Source: Octopus bimaculoides (taxonomy: Eukaryota). From it: DNA of 42,482 bases. Position 1 is the first letter of the stretch. Every line of letters begins with the position of its first letter. Shown here piece by piece: positions 1-10,239 of this stretch. Both the position numbers and the translations under genes were made by a program. Where the stretch lies: assembly GCF_001194135.2 (NCBI RefSeq), contig NC_068987.1, positions 43,952,205 through 43,994,686 of the forward strand, in the 5' to 3' direction. The notes beneath the pieces were generated by a model. The model was not told where the DNA came from, made no database searches, and saw nothing but the letters and a program-made list of their open reading frames with translations.

Positions 1-34
<34 letters not shown>

Positions 35-37
35 GCT
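1..37. repeat. (ATT)n microsatellite, tail/target of the adjacent R4/Dong LINE
   Basis: Pure ATT array directly abutting the LINE 3' UTR. Confidence 0.95.
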
Positions 38-1092
38 TTTGCACAGCTTCTAACGCTGGAGATGTACTACAGTGTTAGCTGTTCACTACCAGTGAACTAA
101 GGTAACACCGCTTATTTTTCGAGCACCATGCGGAGTATTCGAACGGTTCCAAGCAGTGCTGTTTTCTGCAAGTGCTCCACTCTTATTGCAGCCCCTATTT
201 GTTCCATGTACTTCTCGAGATTTTTACTCACTGGTCCCAGGGCTCCGACAATTATTGGTACTACTACCACCTTTTTCATGCTTAACTTCCCAAGCTAACC
301 TGTCATACCTATCGACTTGTCTTTTTTCCTTTTCGCATACCTTGTTGTCAGCTGGGAATGCTATATCTATGACCCAGCATCGTTTGGTTTCTTTCTCAAT
401 TAACACTACCTCTGGTTTCCTATTCTCTATCTCATGGTCGCACTGAATCATAAAATCCCACAGGATCTTCGCATTATCATTTTCGATGATGCCTTCGGGT
501 TTATATTCGTACCACTATTTTTCTCTGTCAAGTCCATACTTGTTGCAAAGTGTCCAATGAGCAATCCTTTCTACATTGTCATGACGTCTATGTTCTTTCT
601 GAGCTAGTGGCGTACATTGATTGCTAATATGCCATACGGTTCCACCATTTTGTCCACAAATTCTGCACATATCACTTTCTGATGTGCTGTCTGTTCTGTG
701 TTTTATGTAATTGGTTCTTAATGCTTGCTCTTCGACAGCATAGATTAGAGCCTCCATTTCCGGTTTTAAATCCCTTTTAGTCATCCACAGCCATCTTTTT
801 TCTCTGTCTGTCTTATCTTCAACATCCCTATGAAATTGTCCATGCATTCTTTTCTTTATCGACCTATTTTCAGTTTCATTCCTTCACAAGTGCTTGTACA
901 GTGCTTTATCTTTGCAATCTTCCATCCTACACAAGCTTGACTTTCTTAATTCCAATAACAATGGTTCTGTGGCATTTTTTACATACCATACTATATTGTT
1001 TTCTTCTGCTCTAATGCTGTGTTCGCATCCAATAAGTTCTCCTCTCCCTCTTTTTCTTGGAACATACAGTCTGTCTGTGTCACTTTTTGGGT
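38..1092 (-). mobile_element. 5'-truncated, frameshifted R4/Dong-clade non-LTR retrotransposon (RT end, CCHC knuckle, RLE)
   Basis: Minus-strand translation gives PKSDTDRLYVPRKR, MHGQFHRD, CRICGQNGGTVWHISNQC (knuckle), KPEVVLIEKETKRCWVIDIAFP (PD-(D/E)xK RLE) and LQKTALLGTVRILRMVLEK* (stop 112-114). A 3' UTR then (TAA)n follow. Confidence 0.9.
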
Positions 1093-1135
1093 AGAGTATA
1101 TTTATCGTATCTTTATCTTTATCGTATCTTTATCG

Positions 1136-1360
1136 CACTACTTCTGCTCGTGATCAGAGATGCACATATCGTCAGCCACCAAGAGACATGCTCAATTGGT
1201 TAAAGTCAAACAACTGACAAGCAAATCTGTGGCATTGAGCAGAATATTTGCTGTAGCCCATCTTTTTATACCAAGACAAAACAATGTACATGATAACACT
1301 TCCAATCAATTAAGATCAGAAGCCACGAGAGTCACTGCCTGATACTGCATCCGGGCATTT
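1136..1360 (-). mobile_element. Interspersed repeat fragment, probably the 3' UTR of a (TAA)n-associated LINE (copy 1)
   Basis: 1136-1255 is clearly homologous to ~1765-1888 (CTACTTCTGCT...AGCAGAATATTTGCT). Bounded by the (ATT)n array. Confidence 0.6.
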
Positions 1361-1374
1361 ATTATTATTATTAC

Positions 1375-1440
<66 letters not shown>

Positions 1441-1453
1441 CATCATTATTAGT
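1359..1453. repeat. (ATT)n microsatellite
   Basis: Direct reading. Confidence 0.95.
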
Positions 1454-1457
1454 ATTA

Positions 1458-1887
1458 GTGAATGAGAGAGCAGCGCATGCCATCAAAGGGATACTGGGTT
1501 ACAAAACCCAATATACCCATCATGACTACCCGTCTGATAAGGGTATACTAGGCATATGCATTACAGCCATATGTGCGTGGTATAACGATTTTAAATCAAG
1601 ATAAACAGCGCATGACCAGTTAGAATTTTCTTCAGGTCGAATAACCCATCCCGCTCAACAAGTCCCTGAATAAGGTTTGTTTAAGGATGTTGAAAGTTTC
1701 CAGTGGTGAATTATTCAAACTCCAATGAATTCCTCACAACACATGGCTACGATGCTTTCCCCCACTACTTCTGCTTTTGATTAGAGGTGCACATATTATC
1801 AGCCACCAAGGGACATATGGGACATGCTCATCTGATTAAGGTCAAATAACTGACTAGCAAATCTGTAGTATTGAGCAGAATATTTGC

Positions 1888-1888
<1 letters not shown>
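1458..1888 (-). mobile_element. Interspersed repeat fragment, same family as 1136-1360, ending in an (AAT)n tail on the minus strand
   Basis: Shares ~120 bp with 1136-1255 and is flanked on both sides by ATT arrays. No ORF. Confidence 0.6.

Positions 1889-1940
<52 letters not shown>
1888..1940. repeat. (ATT)n microsatellite
   Basis: Direct reading. Confidence 0.95.
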
Positions 1941-1942
<2 letters not shown>

Positions 1943-1943
1943 A

Positions 1944-2104
1944 GGCGCAGGAGTGGCTGTGTGGTAAGTAGCTTGCTCACCAACCACATGGTTCCGGGTT
2001 CAGTCCCACTGCGTGGCACCTTGGGCAAGTGTCTTCTATTATAGCCTCAGGCCGACCAACGCCTTGTGAGAGGATTTGGTTGACAGGAACTGAAAGAAGC
2101 TCGT

Positions 2105-2105
<1 letters not shown>
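1944..2105 (+). mobile_element. tRNA-derived SINE, family A head
   Basis: A-box-like TGGCTGTGTGG, B-box-like GGTTCAGTCCC, then CCTTGGGCAAGT (CORE-like). Followed by (TA)n and a gap. Homologous to 33305-33445. Confidence 0.85.
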
Positions 2106-2137
<32 letters not shown>

Positions 2138-2786
2138 NNNNNNNNNNNNNNNNNNNNNNNNNNNNNNNNNNNNNNNNNNNNNNNNNNNNNNNNNNNNNNN
2201 NNNNNNNNNNNNNNNNNNNNNNNNNNNNNNNNNNNNNNNNNNNNNNNNNNNNNNNNNNNNNNNNNNNNNNNNNNNNNNNNNNNNNNNNNNNNNNNNNNNN
2301 NNNNNNNNNNNNNNNNNNNNNNNNNNNNNNNNNNNNNNNNNNNNNNNNNNNNNNNNNNNNNNNNNNNNNNNNNNNNNNNNNNNNNNNNNNNNNNNNNNNN
2401 NNNNNNNNNNNNNNNNNNNNNNNNNNNNNNNNNNNNNNNNNNNNNNNNNNNNNNNNNNNNNNNNNNNNNNNNNNNNNNNNNNNNNNNNNNNNNNNNNNNN
2501 NNNNNNNNNNNNNNNNNNNNNNNNNNNNNNNNNNNNNNNNNNNNNNNNNNNNNNNNNNNNNNNNNNNNNNNNNNNNNNNNNNNNNNNNNNNNNNNNNNNN
2601 NNNNNNNNNNNNNNNNNNNNNNNNNNNNNNNNNNNNNNNNNNNNNNNNNNNNNNNNNNNNNNNNNNNNNNNNNNNNNNNNNNNNNNNNNNNNNNNNNNNN
2701 NNNNNNNNNNNNNNNNNNNNNNNNNNNNNNNNNNNNNNNNNNNNNNNNNNNNNNNNNNNNNNNNNNNNNNNNNNNNNNNNNNNNNN

Positions 2787-2875
2787 ATATTAAATACCAG
2801 TTGCCTACTGGAGATGATCTTATCTCCTGGCCCTTTCCCCAAATTTCAGGCCTTGTGCCTATAGTAGAGAGCATT
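2787..2875 (+). mobile_element. SINE family B, 3' half with (ATT)n tail
   Basis: CCCCAAATTTCAGGCCTTGTGCC...ATTATTATT matches the 3' ends of the copies at 29084 and 19507. Confidence 0.7.
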
Positions 2876-2887
2876 ATTATTATTATT

Positions 2888-3770
2888 TACTTTTAATCTG
2901 CATGTTTGTTACAGTCACTCGCCGAGACACACCCAGCGTTCTAGGGCAAGTGAAGGATAAGAGATGTTTCAGTATGACTGAAAACTTGTAGAGGGGTAGT
3001 GGTAGAGGCAGTAGTGAAATATCTTCATGTAATACAACACGTACATTTAAATTAATAGTGTTTTTCTAAGGATGTGGGCAGTACTTGTCAGCACAATCTT
3101 TTGGAATTCTCTGAGACATGGTTCTCCTGGGATATTATCTAGCTGTTTCTGACAGCCCTTTCTTATCATACCAAGAGCACCCACAATAACAGGAACAGTT
3201 CTTGCTTTAAGATGCCACATCCTTTGTATTTCAATTTCCAGGTTAGCCTCGATCGTTCTGTCGGTGTTGACTGGAAAATCCCAGAGGATAGTGACGTTTT
3301 TACTTTCAACGACTGACTTAGGATGATGTTCACACAAGTAAGCAGGAGTGCTGATTTTGTAGTATTTGTATATTTTCCAATGTAAATACTGGTCTACCCT
3401 ATCATGGCGATTTTTGTATTCATTAGGTGTCAACACAGGACATCCCGAGACGATATGGTGTATTGTTTCATCAAATTTATCGTAGAATCTGCATTTAGGG
3501 TCAGAACCGCTTTAAAGAACGTTAGCCTGGTAGTTTTGGTAAGCAAACTTTGATCTTGTACCACCAATATGAAACATTTAGTCCCTGCTTTCAGTCCTGA
3601 GCTTCTCAGCTACTGATGTGTTGTTGCTTGGTCTACATCAGCATTTCGGCTTCGATATATATACTGTCCATGCAGAGGCTTTTGTCTCCACGGCTCCTCG
3701 ATTTGTTTCTACCCGTTCTTGTTTGCAGTCTGTTTGATCCGTTTTGCCTTTTTCGTGGCATTGGTTTCAG
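2888..3770 (-). mobile_element. Second R4/Dong-clade LINE remnant, 5'-truncated and internally deleted
   Basis: QKPLHGQY, LRSSGLK, CRFYDKFDETIHHIVSGC, YKNRHDRVDQYLHWKI, ILWDFPVNTDRTIEAN, VPVIVGALG, FQKIVLTSTAHILRKTL* (stop 3047). ATT-type arrays lie on both sides. Confidence 0.9.
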
Positions 3771-3838
3771 GTTATTATCATTATTATTATTATTGTTGTT
3801 GTTTTTGTATTTGTTGTTGTTATTATTATTATTATTAT
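3771..3838. repeat. (ATT)/(GTT) microsatellite
   Basis: Direct reading. Confidence 0.9.
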
Positions 3839-3844
3839 AAAATT

Positions 3845-4998
3845 ATGTCTAGATAATGTTCTATTTTCTCGTCTGTCTGATTGTTAAACTTCCGCAATAT
3901 CATTGTAGAGTAATCTTCAAATACTAGTGGAAGTCATATGAGTAACGCTTTTCCTCTAAAGAGTTGAAACTTATTGTCCGTGTGTTTTTCGCTATTTCAT
4001 AAATGATAAAGAGAATCGTTTCTATGGCTAAATCGATATGATTTCTTAGCCTTCATCTCGTTTCCGCACAAAATATATACTATTTTGTATACGATATACG
4101 CTATATTGTATATATTATATTCTTATTTATACTGATGATTTATACACTCTTATATTTCTCGTGGAAAATGATATCAGGCATAAAGAGTGTTTCCTATCTT
4201 CCATATGAATAATAACTTCCAGAGTATCTTTTCATTCTGCTTTAATGCGGCAAAAACGTAGAGAAGCTTCGCTATGTTATCTTATAGATTATTAATACAG
4301 TTTTCTTGATGCTGTTGTTGTTGTCGTCGCCGCCGCCGCCTTCGTTGTTTTGTAAGTAGTACTGACGGCAAATCGACAGAATTAAGTATTTTTCAATGTA
4401 TAGTTGTCTCGTTTCATGTTTTGAGTATATGTACTGCGTGGTTACTGGTCCTTGGCTAAGAACCATGCAAAATATCTCACTTTCCTTTTCTTGACCACCT
4501 TACTCTGAATAAGTAGTATAAAGTTACTTAGCTCAGAGTTGTTTGACACTCTCAAGTCACTAGATATTGATGTTAGCCATACACTTATACCTTTCTCCGA
4601 TGGTTTTAAGACGTTAACTCATTTTGTTACGAGCCACGATATGGTAGAAGGATAGCCATGTAAGGCGGCGAGCTGGCAGAAACGTTAGCATGTCGGGCGA
4701 AATGCTTAGCGGCATTTCGTCTGCAGTTACGTTCTGAGTTCAAATTCCGCCGAGGTCGACTTTCCCTTTCATCCTTTCGGGGTCGATAAATTAAGTACCA
4801 GTTACGCACTGGGGTCGATGTAATCGACTTAATCCCTTTGTCTGTCCTTGTTTGTCCCCTCTATGTTTAGCCCTTCGTGGGCAATAAAGAAATCAGAAGG
4901 ATAGCCATGTTGTTTCGGAAAAACTTAGACCTCCGCCAGCCATGACTGCGCGATCGACCATTATACGACACATAAGCAGGGAGATTGTCAGTAGAAAC
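3845..4998 (-). pseudogene. Degenerate coding remnant, tentatively TRPM-like channel N-terminus (MHR3-MHR4), interrupted by a SINE
   Basis: After removing the SINE and one TSD, minus-strand frames give, in order: DRAVMA, TTWLSFYHIVARNK, NINI..LESVKQL..LY, KLLFIW, *RLRNHIDLAI..IAK, FEDYSTMILRKFNNQTDEKIEHYL. By eye this parallels TRPM DRVDIA / NK..FV / LFIWAVL / W..NHI.AAL / FE..A..L..CY..DEEKA..LL. Many stops and frameshifts. No search was run. Confidence 0.4.
4662..4894 (+). mobile_element. Full-length SINE family B with a perfect 16-bp TSD
   Basis: tRNA-like head AAGGCGGCGAGCTGGCAGAA...GAGTTCAAATTCC and central TTTCATCCTTTCGGGGTCGATAAA domain. AGAAGGATAGCCATGT is present at 4646-4661 and 4895-4910. 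Confidence 0.95.
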
Positions 4999-5990
4999 CT
5001 TCGAGTCCGTTGGTTTATGATAAATGTCAGTTATAATTTGGTTGTTGACTTTTTTTTTATCATACTATCCAAGAAATGGAGCTATATTCCATTGTGAATT
5101 GAATGTCAGGGATTATATTATTTAATATTGATTTGAATTCCAAAAGTGTATCAATGGCCTCCTTCAAAATGATAAAGCAATCATCCAAGTATCTTTTCCA
5201 GTTTTCTCTTATATTATGGTGAAATGGATATCCGAATTTTTGCAGTGACACTTCATATATGGTGAATTCAAAATAACCCATTATTAGGTTCGCAAGAACA
5301 GAGGCTGCTTTCGTTCCCATCGCAATTCCGCATTTTGACGATAGTAGGTGTCATCAAATACGAAATAATTGTTCTGAAGTATAAATTTTAAAGATTCAAT
5401 AATAAAGACCTGGGTTATGCGTTCCGGAAGTACTTCGGGGTACTTTCCCAACCAGAATTTGATTGCTTTTATTCCATAGTTATGTTGGATGTTGGTGTAA
5501 AGATCAACAGCAACGAAGGAAACCAATAATGCCTCGTCATTAGCTGTTTTAGTTAGGTGCTCTAGCATGTCTAGATCGTCTCTAATGAAACTTTTGATGT
5601 ATTTCAGCAAGAGTTTCAGTAGGATGTTTAGAAAATTGCTTAGGCGGTGGGTTTCACAAGCTGGGCTAACTATAATGGGTCTTAACTTTAAGTGTTCCGG
5701 GGCTTGGATACTTATGTATTTGCCTGTTGATTGTTTGCAGGCTTTATTAACTATCTTGCGCCTGTGTATTTTAGGCAGGCTCTAAAAAAACTTGGTCTAC
5801 ACTTAAAGTTCGTGATATAATTTATTTCTTTTTTTGTCACGCCTTTTCAATGTAGAAGTATCAGGGATGCAAAATTTTTCATTGTTTTTTGTTGTTTATA
5901 GTTTACAACTTTTTCGTAGAAGGTATTGTTTTCTCGCATGGATAATACTAGGTTTTTGTAGTATTCTGTATCTCAAGATATAGAAACAAT
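4999..5990 (-). mobile_element. Penelope-like element RT remnant
   Basis: SLPKIH, LRPII, SFVAVDLYTNI, ILQNNYFVFDDTYYRQ, MGTKAASVLANLIMG, WKRYLDDCF, TDIYHKPTDS. Frameshifted and cut before the GIY-YIG domain. Confidence 0.9.
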
Positions 5991-6472
5991 TTCAATACAT
6001 GAACGTTTAAATAAAGAAAATTTGTCCATTGAAAAATACAGAACACATCTAAATATGAACGCATAACCAACTTTGATCTCAGTATATATTTTAATTCATG
6101 ATCACATACCTGTCACTGTACATATTTCATTTCACTACTTTAGCTTTTGAGTTTTTGTGTATATCTACTCATCCCCTCCCCGAAAGATGAACAATTACCT
6201 CCCTTGTCCCCAATAATGCTGATCACCAATTGCCTCCCCTTAGATTTTTCTACTTGCTGAATCATTCATTCATAAACTTCTCCACACACAGCATGGACTA
6301 AAATCTTGTTAAGAAAATACGAAATGGCAATAATTTCAATGTCATGATTAGTGAAAGCGAAACCGGTTGACAAACAAATGTATTAAAATGTATTAAAACT
6401 ATNNNNNNNNNNTATATATGCATATTCGTGTATGAGCGTATATGTATGTGCATCAACAAGTTTGTATACATT

Positions 6473-6657
6473 CAGGGCCTCCGACAGAAATTTGAGAAGG
6501 CAGAACATGATACTCTGTCGTCGACCTGGGATAAGGGTTCAAAATTCAAGAGAGCTGAGATTTTTTTATGAGAGAGAAGGGTTCGTGTGATCACGTTCCT
6601 TAACTCTCCAGATCCCTCTCTTCCGTACGAATGACCCCTCCCTCTTTGGAGGCCCTG
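6473..6657. mobile_element. Candidate MITE (hAT-like CAGGG ends)
   Basis: 10-bp terminal inverted repeat CAGGGCCTCC...GGAGGCCCTG around a GC-richer 185-bp island. No clean TSD. Confidence 0.4.
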
Positions 6658-6726
6658 CCTATCTTTGTGTATTTTATATAATATATGTGCGTATATGCCT
6701 ATTTTTATGTGAACTGACATACGCAC

Positions 6727-6890
6727 ACAAATGTATGTACACCGATGGCCAACATGTGTACATAAATGGCTGTTGAATTACACAACTGATTGACGTATGT
6801 ATACAAACGGCTGACGTATGTCCACAAATAAATTTCATATTACACAACTTGCTGACATATTACACAGATGGCTGACGTATTTATACAAAT
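6727..6890. repeat. Degenerate ~21-bp minisatellite (GGCTGACGTATGTATACAAAT-like)
   Basis: Several imperfect copies of CTGACGTAT.TA.ACAAA. Confidence 0.55.
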
Positions 6891-6949
6891 GAGTTATTGC
6901 TAGGTTTCTGTTTAACATTGTGTCTCATTTTCCTGAGAACAATTGACTA

Positions 6950-7135
6950 GCAGATCATGTTGAGCATCAGGTATAAATAGCTTTCGGTATTTGGTTGTGA
7001 CCTTTTATGCTTTGCGCTCAAAATCTCAGTGGCATCGATTTTACCGTCTATCCTTGCCGATATGATGAAATAAAGTACAAGTGAAATATTGTTTCGACGC
7101 AATTTAAATGTGTGCGTAGCCTTGTGACTATAATA
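6950..7135 (+). mobile_element. Highly diverged SINE family B
   Basis: Residual TATCCTTGCCGAT..GATGAAATAAAGTACAAGT and GCCTTGTG...AAT tail. Confidence 0.4.
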
Positions 7136-7859
7136 AAAATCAATACTATCGCTAATTAATTAGATGCGTAATAAACATACAGGTGTATAAATTATATTTA
7201 ACACGTTCCTGTACACTCAAACGTAGAAAGATCTTTGCTGCGGAAATTGTTCTATGAGAGAAATTCTCCTTATAGACAATATGTGTGAAAAACACAACAA
7301 TGGGCTACGAGTGACGTCATTGGACTGTAGAACATGTGTTTCTGCATCGTTACGCTTCATCCGTCATATGTAACCCATAAAGCACGGCCATTTATATGTT
7401 CAAACGCAGATAAGACAATTGTCAAACTGGAATTAATTAACTAATTGATTAATTAATCAATTAATTAGAGTCGCATTAATCAGTGATGATTGATGTATAG
7501 TTGTATACAATTATATTTAACACGTTCATGTACGCAGCATGACTATTATCATCAGCAGTAGGGACACTGATTAGACAAGATCATATAGCAGCACCTGAGG
7601 ATATGGCTTGCAGTAAAACAATGACAACCGTACTGTAGTCAATCCACCCAACAATTGAAATAGAAGGATTCAATCAGCAGAAATTGGATGGTCAATATGC
7701 AGTTAATATTATTGCGTTATCGCGCAATCTACAAACATGAAAAAAGAATACAGAAAAAATATTTTGAAGGATGATTTTATTTTTGTTATTTTAATAAAAA
7801 TTTTACCGGGAGATATTGAAACGAAGCAATTGTCTTAATAACCAATCATCTGAGGAAAT

Positions 7860-8024
7860 AGAGGCAGTGAAAGAGGGAGAGAGAGAGAGAGGGGAGAGAG
7901 AAAGAGAAAGGAAGAGGAAGTGAGAGAATGAAAGAGGGAGGGAAAGAGGGACACTCAGGCGGAAGGGACACAAACAGAAAGACGAGAGAGACAGATAAAT
8001 AGAATATATGTATGTGTGTGTGTT

Positions 8025-8071
<47 letters not shown>

Positions 8072-8082
8072 GTATATATATA

Positions 8083-8154
<72 letters not shown>

Positions 8155-8444
8155 GTGTATAAATGTATCTGTGTATAAAGTTAGATAGATAGATAGATGG
8201 ATAGATAGATGCATAGCTTGTAAGACAGATTGATAAATAGAGAAACTGATAGACAGACAAACAAATAAAGAATGACGACGATGACTGCGACGACGACGAC
8301 GAGGAGGAGGAAGAAGAAGATGATGATGATGATGATGATGAAAAGGAAGATGACGACGACGATGATGACAACGACGACGACGACGATGACGATGATGATG
8401 ATGATGATGATGATGATGACGATGATGATGACGATGATGATGAT

Positions 8445-8511
<67 letters not shown>

Positions 8512-8515
8512 TTCG
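7860..8515. repeat. Compound microsatellite block: (GA)n, (CT)n, (GT)n, (GATA)n, (GAT/GAC)n
   Basis: Direct reading. Explains the low-complexity ORFs 7846-8652. Confidence 0.95.
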
Positions 8516-8904
8516 TCATTATGACCATAATAAGCATTACCATTGTTGTCATTATGGCCAAAATAAGTAAAAAGACAGAAATAAAGAAGAAATTTTTAAA
8601 AATACAGAAATCTCACATTTCCAGATTCTATATGGATTCGATAAAGAATTAATGTGAGATAAAATAAATTGTCGTGTAATAATAATGGCAACAATTGGAA
8701 ACTGCTATTTAAGCCAAGCAGCGATAACGACGAAAAAAATTAAAATAGAAAGACTCTGTAGTTGCCATTGTCGAATTGCTTCTCCTTCTCTTCTCTTTAT
8801 CCTGCTTCATAACCATCATCAACATCGTTGTCAACGTCATTTTACCAGTTGATTTTCGGGCAATTTCCCAACGTTGTCATCACCACCGTAAGTTATAACA
8901 ACAG

Positions 8905-9108
8905 CAACAATCCTTTCAGATATAAGCACAAGGCCTGAAATTTTGAGGAGGTGGTGGGTGGGGGCTAGTCGATTACATCGACCCCTGTGCTCAACTCGTA
9001 CTTGCTTTACCGAACCGGCTTCGGCGGAATTTGAAGTCAGAACGTAAGATTTGGATGGAATGCCGCTAAGCATTTTGCTCGCAGTGCAAACAAGTCTGTA
9101 ACCACGCT
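8905..9108 (-). mobile_element. SINE family B, internally deleted
   Basis: GCACAAGGCCTGAAATTT...GTCGATTACATCGACCCC...GGCGGAATTTGAA...CCGCTAAGCATTTT. Confidence 0.85.
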
Positions 9109-9191
9109 GTTTTCATATAATAATAATAATAGAGATATTAATATTTCTAAGTCTCTCTAAAGGAGACTACGGCGGCGGTACTGGATATTAA

Positions 9192-9253
9192 TAATTATCG
9201 CCAAGCCAACATAGCAGTCCCCCTATATTTGGGACTGCCATGTTGGCTTGGCG

Positions 9254-9260
<7 letters not shown>
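9192..9260. other. Near-perfect 30-bp hairpin (1 mismatch, 9-nt loop)
   Basis: TAATTATCGCCAAGCCAACATAGCAGTCCC (9192-9221) pairs with GGGACTGCCATGTTGGCTTGGCGATAATTA (9231-9260). Confidence 0.9.
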
Positions 9261-9318
<58 letters not shown>

Positions 9319-10092
9319 ATGAAGAGCAAAGTGTAAATGTAAATTCATTCTCAGCAAATGAAGCAGAAGTAATGAGAAGAGCTATATTACAAAAATATGA
9401 TGATGACCTACAAGACAGTGAGGATGATTTTCTTGTTATATTTCTCGTCTGGAAAAGCCCAATGACTGAATTTATTTTTTCGGTTTCAACTTTGAGCGTG
9501 CGTCGATCAATGTAGCTCAGATTGGGAGGTGTTTTATATTTTTCTCACTCGCTGCTTTTTCCTTCATGTCGTTGTGAAAAACATGAAAAACAAATTGTTT
9601 GAAGCAGACCAGAAGAAACTCTTTCAGGAACTATATAGGCAATTACACGTAAGAATGAAATCAGATGCTGAGGAAAGCAAGGCATTCTGGAGAGGGATCT
9701 GAGCATAACGATGAAGTAGACAGAAGGCATAGGTTTGCCAAGTTCTGAGATGATAAAAGCAATTGAACCGCAATCCAGCTATAAATACCTGGGAATAATT
9801 GAGGCAGATAGAATTAAACACAACGACATGAAGGAAAAAAGCGAAAAGAGAGTACCGACAGCGAGTGAGAAAAATATAAAACACCTCCCAATCTGAGGTA
9901 CATTGATCGACGCACGCTCAAAGTTGAAACCGAAAAAGTAAATTCAGTCATTGGGCTTTTCCAGACGAGAAATATAACAAAACATCCTCACTGTCTTGTA
10001 GTCATCATCATAATTTTGTAATATAGCTCTTCCCATTACTTCTGCTTCATTTGCTGAGAATGAATTTACATTTACACTTTGCTCTTCATTCA

Positions 10093-10170
<78 letters not shown>
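9258..10170. repeat. Foldback inverted repeat made of R4/Dong ORF fragments, capped by (TAA)n and (TTA)n
   Basis: 9315-9576 is the reverse complement of 9819-10094, with a few substitutions and a ~17-nt indel. The spacer and arms translate to NKLFEADQKKLFQEL, DAEESKAFW, YKYLGIIEAD..KHNDMKEK and PPNLRYIDRRTLKVETEKVN. Confidence 0.85.
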
Positions 10171-10171
<1 letters not shown>

Positions 10172-10239
10172 GTAAGGAAAACTTACAGCTTATGTCCTTC
10201 CTTTTTCTCTTTCATATCCCATTTCATATTTGTTTTAAC

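Noticed and set aside
2029-2874. Long ORFs spanning N runs (also 35795-36727 and 37867-38316)
   Set aside because: Artefacts of assembly gaps and flanking microsatellites.
4132-4175. CTGATGA...GAAA as a hammerhead (CTGATGA also at 24201, 23194 and the CR1 YADD codons)
   Set aside because: No helix II/III pairing or cleavage triplet, or the motif lies inside coding sequence.
7312-7319. CRE motif TGACGTCA as a promoter element
   Set aside because: A single 8-mer with no supported transcription start or gene.
7846-8652. Poly-Met/Thr/Ser/Ile, MYVC and THTH ORFs (also 10051, 13167-13567, 36262)
   Set aside because: Translations of simple repeats.
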